A DNA stretch of 64,000 bases, from contig NC_086101.1 in the NCBI RefSeq assembly GCF_963921235.1, forward strand, positions 10,108,001 through 10,172,000. The letters are read 5' to 3'. Each line of letters opens with the position of its first letter. Positions within the stretch are counted from its first letter, which is position 1. The stretch is from Mobula hypostoma. Its lineage: Eukaryota. Below the pieces are notes generated by a model. That model had not been told where the DNA came from. It did no database searches and worked only from the letters and a program-made list of their open reading frames with translations. A program made the position numbers and the translations under genes. This document shows, piece by piece, positions 1-11,254 of the stretch.

Positions 1-403
1 TATGTCCTGCAGCTTCCCCATTCCTCCCAGAAACGCACGCAATTGCTGCTCTGCTCTCATCCCTGCCAGCACATCCTATCAATTTACTTTGGCCAACTCC
101 TCTCTCATACCACTGTAATTTTCCTTACTCACTGAAATACTGCTAGGTCAGACGTTACTTACTCCCTATCAAATTTCATGTTGAACTCAATCATATTGTG
201 ATCACCGGTTCTGAAGGGTTCTTTTACCTTTAGCTCCCTAATCACCTCCAGTTCACTTCATAACACCCAGTCCAGAATAACTGATCCCCTAGCAGGCTCA
301 ATGACAAACTGTTCTAAAAAGCCATCTCTTGGGCATTCAAGCAACACACAACAAAGTTGCTGGTGAACGCAGCAGGCCAGGCAGCATCTCTAGGAAGAGG
401 TGC

Positions 404-439
404 AGTCGACGTTTCAGGCCGAGACCCTTCGTCAGGACT
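404..439 (-). ncRNA. Minimal type I hammerhead ribozyme motif (inverted partner)
   Basis: Exact reverse complement of 463-498. Confidence 0.75.
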
Positions 440-462
440 AACTGGTTAGTCCTTCATCAGTT

Positions 463-498
463 AGTCCTGACGAAGGGTCTCGGCCTGAAACGTCGACT
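463..498 (+). ncRNA. Minimal type I hammerhead ribozyme motif
   Basis: AGTC-CTGACGA-AGG(GTCTCGG)CCT-GAAAC-GTC/GACT: stem I, conserved core, stem II, palindromic ACGT in place of stem III; predicted cleavage after 494. Confidence 0.75.
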
Positions 499-1658
499 GC
501 ACCTCTTCCTAGAGATGCTGCCTAGCCTGCTGCGTTCACCAGCAACTTTAATGTGTGTTGCTTGAATTTCCAGCATCTCCAGAATTCCTGTTGTCTTGGG
601 CATTCAGCTCACTCTCTTGAGATCCATTAGCTGCTGCAACTTATTTTCTGTTACTTATCTATTTAATACTGTTTTTCTATCACTGTCTTGTTTTTATCTA
701 CCGCTTTATTTAATTGCCTGGGAGGAAGTCAAACAGAGTTTCATTGTACCTATGTATAATGACGATAAAGATCATTCAATTCAATTCAATTATTTTCCCA
801 ATCGATCTGCATGTTAAAATTTCCCATGACTACAATAACGTTGTCCTCTCGACATGCTTTTTCTACTTCCTGTAGTAATCTGTGGTCCACATCCCAGCCA
901 CTGTTGCGAAGCCTGTATATCACAGCCATCAGAGTCCTTTTACCCTTGCAGTTTCTTAACTCAACCCACAAGGATCTTCCAGTCCTATGTCACATCTCTT
1001 TCTACTGATTTGATGCCATTCTTTACCAGTAAAGCCACACCACCCCCTCTACCTACCTTCCTATCCCTCCGATATAACATGTAACTTTGGGCATTCAGCT
1101 CCCAACTACAACCATCCTTCAGCCACGATTCAGTGATGGCCACATCATCACACCTGGCAATCTGTAATAGTGCAACAAGACCATCCACCTTATTTCTTAT
1201 ACTCCTTGTGTACTGTATTTTCTACCCTTTTAGATTTTGCATCCCTAATATACTGATACTCACCCTGATGGCTGCGACTAAGTCCCATCACCTGCCTGCC
1301 CTTCCTGATAGTCTGACTGCACACTGTCTTTACTTTTTTACCATCCGTCCTATCCTGAGTCCCTTCACTCTGGTTCCCAACATCCTGCCAAATTAGTTTA
1401 AACCCTCCCCAACAGCTCTAACAAACCTGCTGCAAGAATATTGGTTCCCCTCGGGTTCAGGTGCAACTTGTCACTTTTGAACAGGTTGTACCCCCCACAG
1501 AAGAGATCCCAATGATCCAAGAACCTAAAGCCCTGTCCCTGCACCAGCTTCTCAGCCACGCATTTAACTGCAATGTTTCTACCCTCACTGGTGTGTGGCA
1601 CAGGCAGCAATCCAGAAATTACTGCCCTGGAGGTCCTACTTTACAGCTTTCTACCTAA

Positions 1659-3862
1659 TGTCACAATTGGAATGGGGAACTTCAATATGCAAGGGGACTG
1701 GGAAAATTAGTGAGGGAATTTGTAGAATGCCTACAGGATTGCTTTATTCAGCAGCTTGTGTTTGAGCCTACTCGGGGAAACGTTATCTTAGATTGGGTGT
1801 TGTGTAATAACCCAGATCTTATAATGGGGCTTAATGTAAAGGAACCCTAAGGAGGCAGTGATCATAGTATGATTGAATTCATACTGCATTTTGAGAGGGA
1901 GAAGCACATGTCATGTTTATCAGTATCACAATGGAATAAAGGGAATTAGAGAGGCCTGGTAGAGGAGCTTTCCCAGGAGGATTGGAGGGGGATGATGGCA
2001 GAGCTGAGATGGCTGAAGTTTCTGGGAATTGTTCACAAGGTGCAGGATAGAAGCCCACAGAAGAGGACGTTCACAAATGGCCAGTGCAGGCAGCCATGGC
2101 TGACAAGTGAAGGTTAGGCACTACACAACAGCCAAGGAAAGGGCATATAAGGTAGCAGAAGTGAGCTGGAGGTTGGATGATTAGGAAACTTTTAAAACCA
2201 AATAAAAGGCAACTAAAGTGCTTTAAGAAGGGAAAAGATGAAATACGAGGGCAAACTAGCTAATAATATAAACCAGGATACTGAAAGTGTTTTCAGTTAT
2301 ATAAAGAGTAAAAGGGTGGTGAGAGTTGATATTGGACCACTGGAAAATGATGCTGGTGAGGTACTAATGGAGAACAAAGAAATGGCAGATGAACTTAATG
2401 GGTTCTTTGCATCTGTGGAAGACACTAGCCGTGTGCCAGATGTCCATCAGTGTCAGATGCAGGAGTGAGTGCCATTGCTATTACAAAGGAATAAGTGCGA
2501 GGCAAACTCAAAGGTCTTAAGGTGGATAAGTCACCTGGACCATGTAGACTACATCCCAGAGTCCTGAGAGAGGTTACTGAAGAGATAATGGATGCATTGG
2601 CCATGATCGTTCAAGAATCACTTGATCCTGGCATGGTTCCAGAGGACTGGAACATTGCATATGTCACTCCACTCTCTACGAAGGGAGGAAGTTCAAAGAA
2701 AGGAAATTATAGGCAAGTTAACCTAACCTCAGTGCTTGGGAAAGTGTTGGAGCCTATTATTAACAATGAGGTTTCGGGATACTTGGAGATTAATGATAAA
2801 ATATGTCAAAATCAGCATGATTTCAGTAAAGGGAAATTTGCCTGACAATCTGTTAGAGTTCTTTGAGGAAGTAACAAGCAGGGTGAACAAAGTTGAGGCA
2901 GTAGATGTTATTTACTTCGATTTTCAGAAGGCAATTGATAAGGTACCACAGATGAGGCTGCTTAACACGATAAAATCCTCTGGCATTACTGGAAAGATAT
3001 TGGCAAGGATAGAGGAATGGCTGACAGGCGGGGGCAGCAACTGGGAATAAAAGGGGCCTTTTCTGGCTGGCTGCCAAAGACTAGAGGTGTTCAGTATTGA
3101 GTTAGCTACTTTTCACGTTGTTTAACAATGGTTTGAATAATAGAATTGATGGCTTTGTAGCAAAGTTTGTGGATGTTATGAAGATAGGTGGAGGGGCCAT
3201 GTGGTGTTGAGGAAGCAATCTGATTGCAGCAGGACTTGGAAGAATGGGCAAAGTAGTGGCAGATGGAATACAGTGTACGGAAATGTATGATAATGTATTT
3301 TGGAACAAGAGTGTGGACTATTAACTAAATAAACTTGGAATATTGTCAACAATTTTGGCCCCATATCTCAGAAAGGATGTGTTGTCCTTGAAGAGAGTCC
3401 AGAGGAGGTTCACAAGGATTATTCTGGGAATGAAAGGGTTAACATATGAGGAGAATTTGGCAGATTTGGGCCTGTACTCACTGAAATTCAAAAGAATGCA
3501 GTGGGATCTCATTGAAACCTTCCGAATGTTGAAAGGACTAGAAAGGGTGCATGTGGAGAGAATGTTTCCTCTGGTGGGGGTATCCAGATATAAAGGGCAC
3601 AGCTTGAAAATCGAGGGGTGATCTTTTAAAATGGACACAGGGAGGAATTTTTAGCCAAAGAGTGGTGAATCTGTGAAATGCTCTGACAGTGACTGTGGTG
3701 GAGGCCAAGTCTGTGGGTATATTTAAGGAGGAAGTGATACTTTCCTGATCAGTCAGGTATCAAAGGATATGGAAAGAAGGCAGGTGTATGGAGTTGAGTG
3801 GGATCCGGGATCAAACATAATGGAAAGCAGGGCAGAGTCAGTGGGCTGAATGGCTTATGGTC
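1659..3862 (+). mobile_element. Decayed CR1 ORF2 through 3' UTR
   Basis: Frameshifted RT pieces (DKSPGP...LHPRVL; DFQKAIDKVP; VQRRFTR) and a CR1-type 3' end. Confidence 0.9.
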
Positions 3863-4115
3863 CAAATGGGACTACCTCAAAAAGACATCTTATTTTGGAA
3901 GGACAAGCTGGACCCAGATTTCAACATCTGCCAAATTCCTTCCCAGATCATCCTCCTGAGGAATCTCACCCTGGATCCGGTCTCTGAACTGCTGATGTAA
4001 GGTCTGATCAGAGGGCAGTTCAGTACACAAAACAGACCAGATCATACCTAACCAGAGATTTGTGTCTGTGTCCCACCCTGATGATTCGTCTGGGTATTTG
4101 TAACTGTGGCTTTGA

Positions 4116-4121
4116 GTGTGT

Positions 4122-4178
<57 letters not shown>
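4116..4178. repeat. (GT)n(TC)n microsatellite
   Basis: Direct reading. Confidence 0.95.
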
Positions 4179-4799
4179 CACACGCACATGTTAATGGGGG
4201 AAATATCAGCTGGTATGTGTACATACTGAATGTGACTGTGCGCATTGAAAATTTGATGTTACAGTCTGTTTTCACATGTCCATTGTGTGTTGACAATATG
4301 CGTGAGTTGCTCTAATAAAACATGTTCACTGTGTCTGAGAGAATATTTTCCAGTTGCTGGGGGAACTAGCAATGTGCAATGCTGAGGCTCTGACTACAAC
4401 CTGCCCATCCTTCTCGTGTATGTGTGTGAGGGGGCTTTGCATGGCCGGTAACGCTGTGTCTGCTTCTCCCGAGGTCAATGCTGTTGGTGTGTCCGGGCTC
4501 GGTCTTGCAATGCTTCAATGTGCTGATTTCATAACGGTGAGGCTCACCAGCCAGCAGGGGGCAGACCTGCGTCAACTAGTCCGCAGTCACGAACCGGTCA
4601 GACCGGCTGAGCAACGCACAAAGGATTTCCAACCATTCCTGTCACCACAGTGATAACCGCGTTTATCCCCTTCAATGCAATCAACACCAGAGCTGCTGTT
4701 AGGATTCAAAGTCATGCATTGGCCTATTTGTCCAGGGCAAATGCGATCAGTATGTTGTAGCTCACCAAATACTACGTGTTTTCGCTGTATTTTCAAGAT

Positions 4800-7191
4800 T
4801 CATAGAAACATAGAAACATAGAAAATAGGTGCAAGAGTAGGCCATTCGGCCCTTCAAGCCCGCACCGCCATTTATTATGATCATGGCTGATCATCCAACT
4901 CAGAACCCCGCCCCAGACTTCCCTCCATACCCCCTGATCCCCGTAGCCACAAGGGCCATATCTAACTCCCTCTTAAATATAGCCAATGAACCGGCCTCAA
5001 CTGTTTCCTGTGGCAGAGAATTCCACAGATTCACCACTCTCTGTGTGAAGAAGTTTTTCCTAATCTCAGTCCTAAAAGGCTTCCCCTTTATCCTCAAACT
5101 GTGACCCCTCGTTCTGGACTTCCCCAACATCGGGAACAATCTTCCCCTATCTAGTCTGTCCAATCCCTTTAGGATTTTATACGTTTCAATCAGATCCCCC
5201 CTCAATCTTCTAAATTCCAACGAGTACAAGCCTAGTTCATCCAGTCTTTCTTCATATGAAAGTCCTGCCATCCCAGGAATCAATCTGGTGAACCTTCTTT
5301 GTACTCCCTCTATGGCAAGGATGTCTTTCCTCAGATTAGGGGACCAAAACTGCACACAATACTCCAGGTGTGGTCTCACCAAGGCCTTGTACAACTGCAG
5401 TAGTACCTCCCTGCTCCTGTACTCGAATCCTCTCGCTATAAATGCCAGCATACCATTCGCCTTTTTCACCGCCTGCTGTACCTGCATGCCCACTTTCAAT
5501 GACTGGTGTATAATGACACCCAGGTCTCGTTGCACCTCCCCTTTTCCTAATTGGCCACCATTCAGATAATAATCTGTTTCCCTGTTTTTGCCACCAAAGT
5601 TGATTACCTCACATTTATCCACATTAAATTGCATCTGCCATGAATTTGCCCACTCACCCAACCTATCCAAGTCACCCTGCATCCTCTTAGCATCCTCCTC
5701 ACAGCTAACACTGCTGCCCAGCTTCGTGTCATCCACAAACTTGGAGATGCTGCATTTAATTCCCTCATCCAAGTCGTTAATATATACTGTAAACAACTGG
5801 GGTCCCAGCACTGAGCCTTGTGGTACCCCACTAGTCACTGCCTGCCATTCTGAAAGGTCCCGTTTATTCCCACTCTTTGCTTCCTGTCTGCTAACCAATT
5901 CTCTATCCACATCAATACCTTATCCCCGATATCATGTGCTTTAAGTTTGCACACTAATCTCCTGTGTGGGACCTTGTCAAAAGCCTTTTGAAAATCCAAA
6001 TATACCACATCCACTGGTTCTCCCCTATCCACTCTACTAGTTACATCCTCAAAAAATTCTATGAGATTCGTCAGACATGATTTTCCTTTCACAAATCCAT
6101 GCTGACTTTGTCTGATCATTTCACCGCTTTCCAAATGTGCTGTTATCACATCTTTGATAACTGACTCCAGCAGTTTCCCCACCACCGACGTTAGGCTAAC
6201 CGGTCTATAATTCCCCGGTTTCTCTCTCCCTCCTTTTTTAAAAAGTGGAGTTACATTAGCCACCCTCCAATCCTCAGGAACTAGTCCAGAATCTAACGAG
6301 TTTTGAAAAATGATCACTAATGCATCCACTATTTCTTGGGCTACTTCCGTAAGCACTCTGGGATGCAGACCATCTGGCCCTGGGGATTTATCTGCCTTTA
6401 ATCCCTTCAATTTACCTAACACCACTTCCCTACTAACATGTATTTCGCTCAGTTCCTCCATCTCACTGGACCCTCTGTCCCCTACTATTTCTGGAACATT
6501 ATTTATGTCCTCCTTAGTGAAGACAGAACCAAAGTAATTATTCAATTGGTCTGCCATGTCCTTGCTCCCCATAATCAATTCACCTGTTTCTGTCTGTAGG
6601 GGACCTACATTTGACTTTACCAGTCTTTTCCTTTATACATATCTATAAAAGCTTTTACAGTCAGTTTTTATGTTCCCCACCAGTTTTCTCTCATAATCTT
6701 TTTTCCCCTTCCTAATTAAGCCCTTTGTCCTCCTCTGCTGAACTCTGAATTTCTCCCAGTCCTCAGGTGAGCCACTTTTTCTGGCTAATTTGTATGCTTC
6801 TTCTTTGGAATTGATACTATCCCTAATTTCCCTTGTCAGTCACGGGTGCACTACCTTCCTTGATTTATTCTTTTGCCAAACTGGGATGAACAATTGTTGT
6901 AGTTCATCCATGCAATCTTTAAATGCTTGCCATTGCATATCCACCGTCAATCCTTTAAGTGTCATTTGCCAGTCTATCTTAGCTAATTCATGACTCATAC
7001 CTTCAAAGTTACCCCTCTTTAAATTCAGAACCTTTGTTTCTGAATTAACTATGTCACTCTCCATCTTAATGAAGAATTCCACCATATTATGGTCACTCTT
7101 ACCCAAGGGGCCTCTCATGACAAGATTGCTAATTAACCCTTCCTCATTGCTCAAAACCCAGTCTAGAATAGCCTGCTCTCTAGTTGGTTCC
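4800..7191 (-). mobile_element. Young 5'-truncated CR1 with few lesions
   Basis: ORFs 6840-7154, 5835-6578 and 4900-5910 ([16 protein letters not shown]); (CATAGAAA)n tail at 4801; TSD TCAAGAT at 4793-4799 and 7192-7198. Confidence 0.95.
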
Positions 7192-7635
7192 TCAAGATCA
7201 CAAGATCACAAGACAAAGGAGCAGAAGTAGCCCATTCGGCCCATCGAGTCTGCTCCGCCACTCCACCATGAGCTAAACTATACGGTACTCCCATCTAGTT
7301 CCAATTTCCGGTATGTTGTCATGCCAACTCGCTTCAAACTCCTAATAAAGTATAGCCACTGTCTTGCCTTCCTTATGACTACATCATTATGCTGGGACCA
7401 AGTTAGATCCTCAGAGATCTTGACACCCAGGAACTTAAAGGTTCTCACTCTCTCTATTTCTACCAGTGTAGGTGAGTTCAGAGATTTGACATCTCCAGCT
7501 GATGCCTCCCAGCTGGTGATGTTGCTGTCGGAATAAACTTCAGCCCCTTCAGCCTCTTATTACAGCCAAATTTTGTGTCTAATTATAACATAATTGTGTC
7601 TCTCAAACAAGGACAAATAAATCTGCATGATTTAC

Positions 7636-7754
7636 CTCGCTTAATGCCATCAAACTTGTCCCCAAACGCTATGTTGAACAAATAAGGATTATAGAATTTT
7701 TCAACCAGTAGGGAACCATCTGTCACTGACATTGTCTGGGTATCATCACTGATC
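7636..7754 (-). CDS. TRIM coding exon 5 (119-bp linker)
   Basis: tttacag|ISDDTQTMSVTDGSLLVEKFYNPYLFNIAFGDKFDGIKR|gtaaat; phase matches exon 4. Confidence 0.8.
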
Positions 7755-7850
7755 CTGTAAATATTATACAGCTGGTTATAAACTGAGCATAGTGATATTT
7801 TGAGCTATTTTACAAATCCAAACAGAGTTTCAGTCAAGACCATCTCTTAC

Positions 7851-7873
7851 CTCCTCTTCCGACGAGCTTCATC
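7851..7873 (-). CDS. TRIM coding exon 4 (23-bp micro-exon)
   Basis: atttcag|GATGAAGCTCGTCGGAAGAGGAG|gtaaga; a 23-bp exon is typical of class IV TRIM genes. Confidence 0.8.
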
Positions 7874-8964
7874 CTGAAATAAATCAAACACAGATCTCAA
7901 TTGACTGAAACTGACCGTCGGCTGCTTGACAGCAGGAATCTGAGACAAGTTATTACAAGCTGCTGAAGATTCCCACATAACACTCTTCCACCAAAACACA
8001 CGGGGAAAGAGGGACACAGAGCCATGGGAGAAAGTACAAGGAATGTTATGAAAATTATGCCATAACTGAGAGATGGAACTTACAGCACAAACTAGACAGG
8101 TTGTGTATTTTTATCTGGATAGGATGTCAGGGAGGATTATATGGAGGAATTTAAGATACCGAAGGGATTTGATGGGGTGGGAGCGGACAAAATATTTCTC
8201 CTTGTGTGTGACCAAAAGCCAAAGATAAAACATCAGTTGGTCGTTAGTAAATCCCACAAGAAATGTGGTGAAAAGAATGTGGAACTCACTGCCACAGGAG
8301 TGGTTGAAGTGGAACAGCAGAGACTGAATGTAATGGGGAAGCTGCATAAACACATGATGGACCATGGAGTTGGGGTCACTGTTACTGGGTGTGGTGAGCA
8401 GGTGGGAGGAGGCTTGTGAAGCAGGGAAACTGATAGGAGAGAATGGACTGAAACATCCGTCTATGATGACCAGTCGGATATAATCTGATGAAGCATATAT
8501 TTGACAAAGAAAACAGTCGGTGCCAAATTCTCTAAAACAATGAACCTGATACAAACCGATATTGATGGTAAATTTGATGTGTGGGCCACATTCTGCAATT
8601 CAACCTCAGTTCCCACTGATTGGCAGACAGACCCTCACACCCACCACACCAGACACACTCACAGCCTGTGACTGTAACTGGGTGTTACTCTGAGTATCAG
8701 GGGATATTATACGTGGGAATCACAGAAACGATCACCAGCTCAGTACTCTGATCAGAGTAAATCATTCCCGAGAAGGTTGCAGACTGTCCTGTGAGGTACA
8801 GATGTTGTGAGAGGCCGGTTTTGGAAAATGACAATCCTGAACAGTCAAAACATCTGTCTGGTTTAAATCAGTTTTACAACTACAGTATTTGCAAATACCA
8901 ATTGATTTAAAAGACAACATTTTGTCGCTGTGTACCTTTACAGAGCCAAACTGAAATCTCTCAC

Positions 8965-9198
8965 CATGAGAAATATCACACTGTCTTTCTGATCCACCCT
9001 TTCCTGTAACTTTGAGATTTCCTCCCGAACAGAATGCAGATGTTCTTGAATCTCTCGAAGATTTTTCTCCATTAGATTCAGAATCCTCTCCTCTTCTTCC
9101 CTGAGATCTCGGAGTGCACGCTGCTCTCTCTCAGTGAGTATCTGGCGCAGTTCAGCAAACTGGGATGTGATCTGGGACTGAAGGCTGTGTGTCTGTTC
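8965..9198 (-). CDS. TRIM coding exon 3 (234 bp, coiled coil)
   Basis: ttgacag|EQTHSLQSQITSQFAELRQILTEREQR...DQKDSVIFLM|gtgaga; open frame. Confidence 0.9.
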
Positions 9199-9304
9199 CT
9201 GTCAAATGAAAGGAAAGGCGAGTTAGTATTTGAGGCTATTGTATTTCTTTCTGACATGGAAGGGCCCATTCAAACACGTGAACCTGCTTTCAGATCCTCC
9301 GTGG

Positions 9305-9673
9305 ACCTCAACGACGAGGCTTTCGTGAAAATGCGATGTTGGCTGGAGTCTGGGCTTTGTGCTTTGGTTCTTGCTAGGGTCACCCATGCCAAACAGGTCA
9401 AAGGGTAGAGGCCAGACAAAGAGTCCTCCAGGTTTGGGGGTTCAGTTCAGGACCAACAATCCTGCTTGATAAAACTAATTTTCTAAAAAGAAATCATTCT
9501 ACACTTGAGAGCGATAGCATTCCAAAGTCTCTGCAGCAGGGACTTGCATGATGGACAGCAGTGAAAACTGAGAAGAAAACACTGACATGATGTGTGAAGC
9601 CCTGGACACTGACAGAGATGGAGGACCTTCATTGCTGCCCTAAACGCCAGTGGCGTAACAGACAGTAAGTAAG
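9305..9673 (+). mobile_element. Internally deleted RTE-clade derivative in a TRIM intron
   Basis: Expander/Rex3-like 5' motif TAGGGTCACCCATGCCAAACAGGTC...CCAGACAAAGAG joined to an RTE-like ORF end (WRTFIAALNAS) and a (TAAG)n tail. Confidence 0.55.
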
Positions 9674-9789
9674 TGGTTCTCAGATCTTCGATCACATTCC
9701 AACACATTTCCCTGAAACGGATTTTTCCTCACTGACCCATTAACCCCCGCCTGATTCACATACAACCCACCTTCACTGGGTTAATTACG

Positions 9790-9915
9790 GTAGGGAATTA
9801 AACATTGAATCAGGATTCCTCAGCAATGTCGCCCACGGTGGTCACAGGGAGAACATGCAAACTCCACGCAGACAGCATAGAGAACTCAGGTCACTGGAGC
9901 TGCGATACTTTGCTA
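9790..9915 (-). mobile_element. Degenerate V-SINE/HE1-like SINE fragment
   Basis: Reverse strand reads TGTCTGCGTGGAGTTTGCATGTTCTCCCTGTGACC. Confidence 0.6.
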
Positions 9916-9977
9916 TTCTGCATTCAAAAGAGCAAAACTACACAGCAAGATTGTAAATTCTGCTCAGTTAGCCTCAC

Positions 9978-10073
9978 CCGAACTCCAGATATCTTCTCTT
10001 TCTGTTCCTGCTCCACTTTCTCGAAGTCCGATTTCCTTTTTGTGAGAGAGTCTAAGGAAGATTTAACCCGATC
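9978..10073 (-). CDS. TRIM coding exon 2 (96 bp, coiled coil)
   Basis: ttcccag|DRVKSSLDSLTKRKSDFEKVEQEQKEKISGVR|gtgagg. Confidence 0.9.
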
Positions 10074-10152
10074 CTGGGAATGAAAGAGTGAATTGATTAG
10101 ACAAAAAAAGATGACACAACAAAAACAGACGACCGAAAGCGGGTTATTTTAC

Positions 10153-10564
10153 CTTGTAAACTCCAACGGCTTCGTTAATCGGCAAGAAGTCATGGAGACT
10201 TGTGTTCCCGCGAATCTCTACAGATCAGGCAGATCAGTTTCTTGTCCGTCTCACAGAACAGCTTCAGTTCTTCCTCATGTTTCTCGCAGTGAAGTTTACT
10301 TTCCTTCTCTTTCGGATTCAGGTTTAGTTTTCGAGCTTTCTCAGGCAGATTTGCTAAGGCCCGATTGACCCTGAGGGTGCGGTCTGCAATCTCCTCTCTA
10401 CATTCCGGACAGGAGTTTCTCTCCTCCCTTTCCCAACACTGTGTGATACAGGAGCGGCAGAAGTTGTGTCCACACTCCAGTATAACCGGATCGGTGAAGA
10501 AATCCAGGCAGATGGGACAAATTACCTCCTCGGTTAAACTCTCGACCTGTCCTTTCGAAGCCAT
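10153..10564 (-). CDS. TRIM coding exon 1: C3HC4 RING plus B-box2
   Basis: [25 protein letters not shown]...[27 protein letters not shown]; the shifted frame continues [14 protein letters not shown] then GTAAAA donor. Confidence 0.9.
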
Positions 10565-11254
10565 GTTAACTCTCGGGACTTCCTGGTTCAGATTTCTTCC
10601 ACAGACGTGTAGCTTCTGAACCCTTGAAGTACCGCGATTGTCCAGTAGGCGCGCTGCAGGCTCAAAGAATGAACGTCTTGTTCCTGCAAGTGCTCACTGG
10701 GACAGAACCACGGCAATTTCCTCATTGGGGTGGGATCAGAAATATATTAAACATGTCTGAATATAAATGAAGCACGAGAGAAAAGCCTGGTTCGGTGTAA
10801 GACAGGAGTGAAGCGGACAAGTCCTGAAAAACTAAACAGGCAGTTGATGTTCCAGATTAAGGATCTCGACCCGCTGTCCATTCCCTTCTACAGATGCTGT
10901 CTGGCGCGCTGAGTCCCTCTGGTATCACAGATATTTACTTACTTACTTATTTCTTTGTTTGTTTATTTATTTATCTATTTTGATCGAGAACTAAAGGGAT
11001 TCAAACTAGAATGTAATTGCATGAAATTAGGGACGTGGAAAGAATATTGCGTTGCGAAGGGAGGGATGCAGTGGCTGCAGGGCAAAGCACAGGACTGGAC
11101 GTTATCCATCAGGGTGAAAAAAATCAGTTTTTGGCGAAGTCCTCATTTCTCCGCCCTTCCTGTGAAAAAGGTTTCTGACTTTTCCCCCATGTCCGTCTCG
11201 GCTCCATCGGAAGGCCATGTCTCCCTTACACTGGACACTGGCGACAAGATAAAT

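Larger units (their letters stand above)
340..593. mobile_element. Non-autonomous Penelope-derived palindromic insertion with 13-bp TSD
   Basis: About 105-bp inverted arms; TCTTGGGCATTCA at 327-339 and 594-606; arm sequence matches the 3' end of the Penelope fragment at 24628-24720. Confidence 0.85.
1..1658 (-). mobile_element. Decayed CR1 LINE: end of ORF1 (esterase-like) and start of ORF2 endonuclease
   Basis: ORFs 1398-1610 (GFRFLDHWDLF...LHLNPRGTNIL), 985-1188 (VAITESWL...RGGGVALLVK) and 786-971 (MGNFNMQIDW); interrupted at 340-593 and about 630-790. Confidence 0.85.
7636..10564 (-). pseudogene. RING/B-box/coiled-coil TRIM E3 ligase gene (zinc-binding protein A33-like / TRIM39-TRIM69-like), frameshifted; terminal B30.2 exon not seen downstream in this window
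   Basis: Five exons with canonical splice sites and phase-compatible sizes (412, 96, 234, 23, 119 bp); one extra base at 10194/10195 gives a TGA at 10190. Confidence 0.85.

Noticed and set aside
1..3862. A second twin-priming CR1 inversion
   Set aside because: The minus and plus pieces overlap by several hundred bases of element sequence and are diverged, so they look like two separate copies
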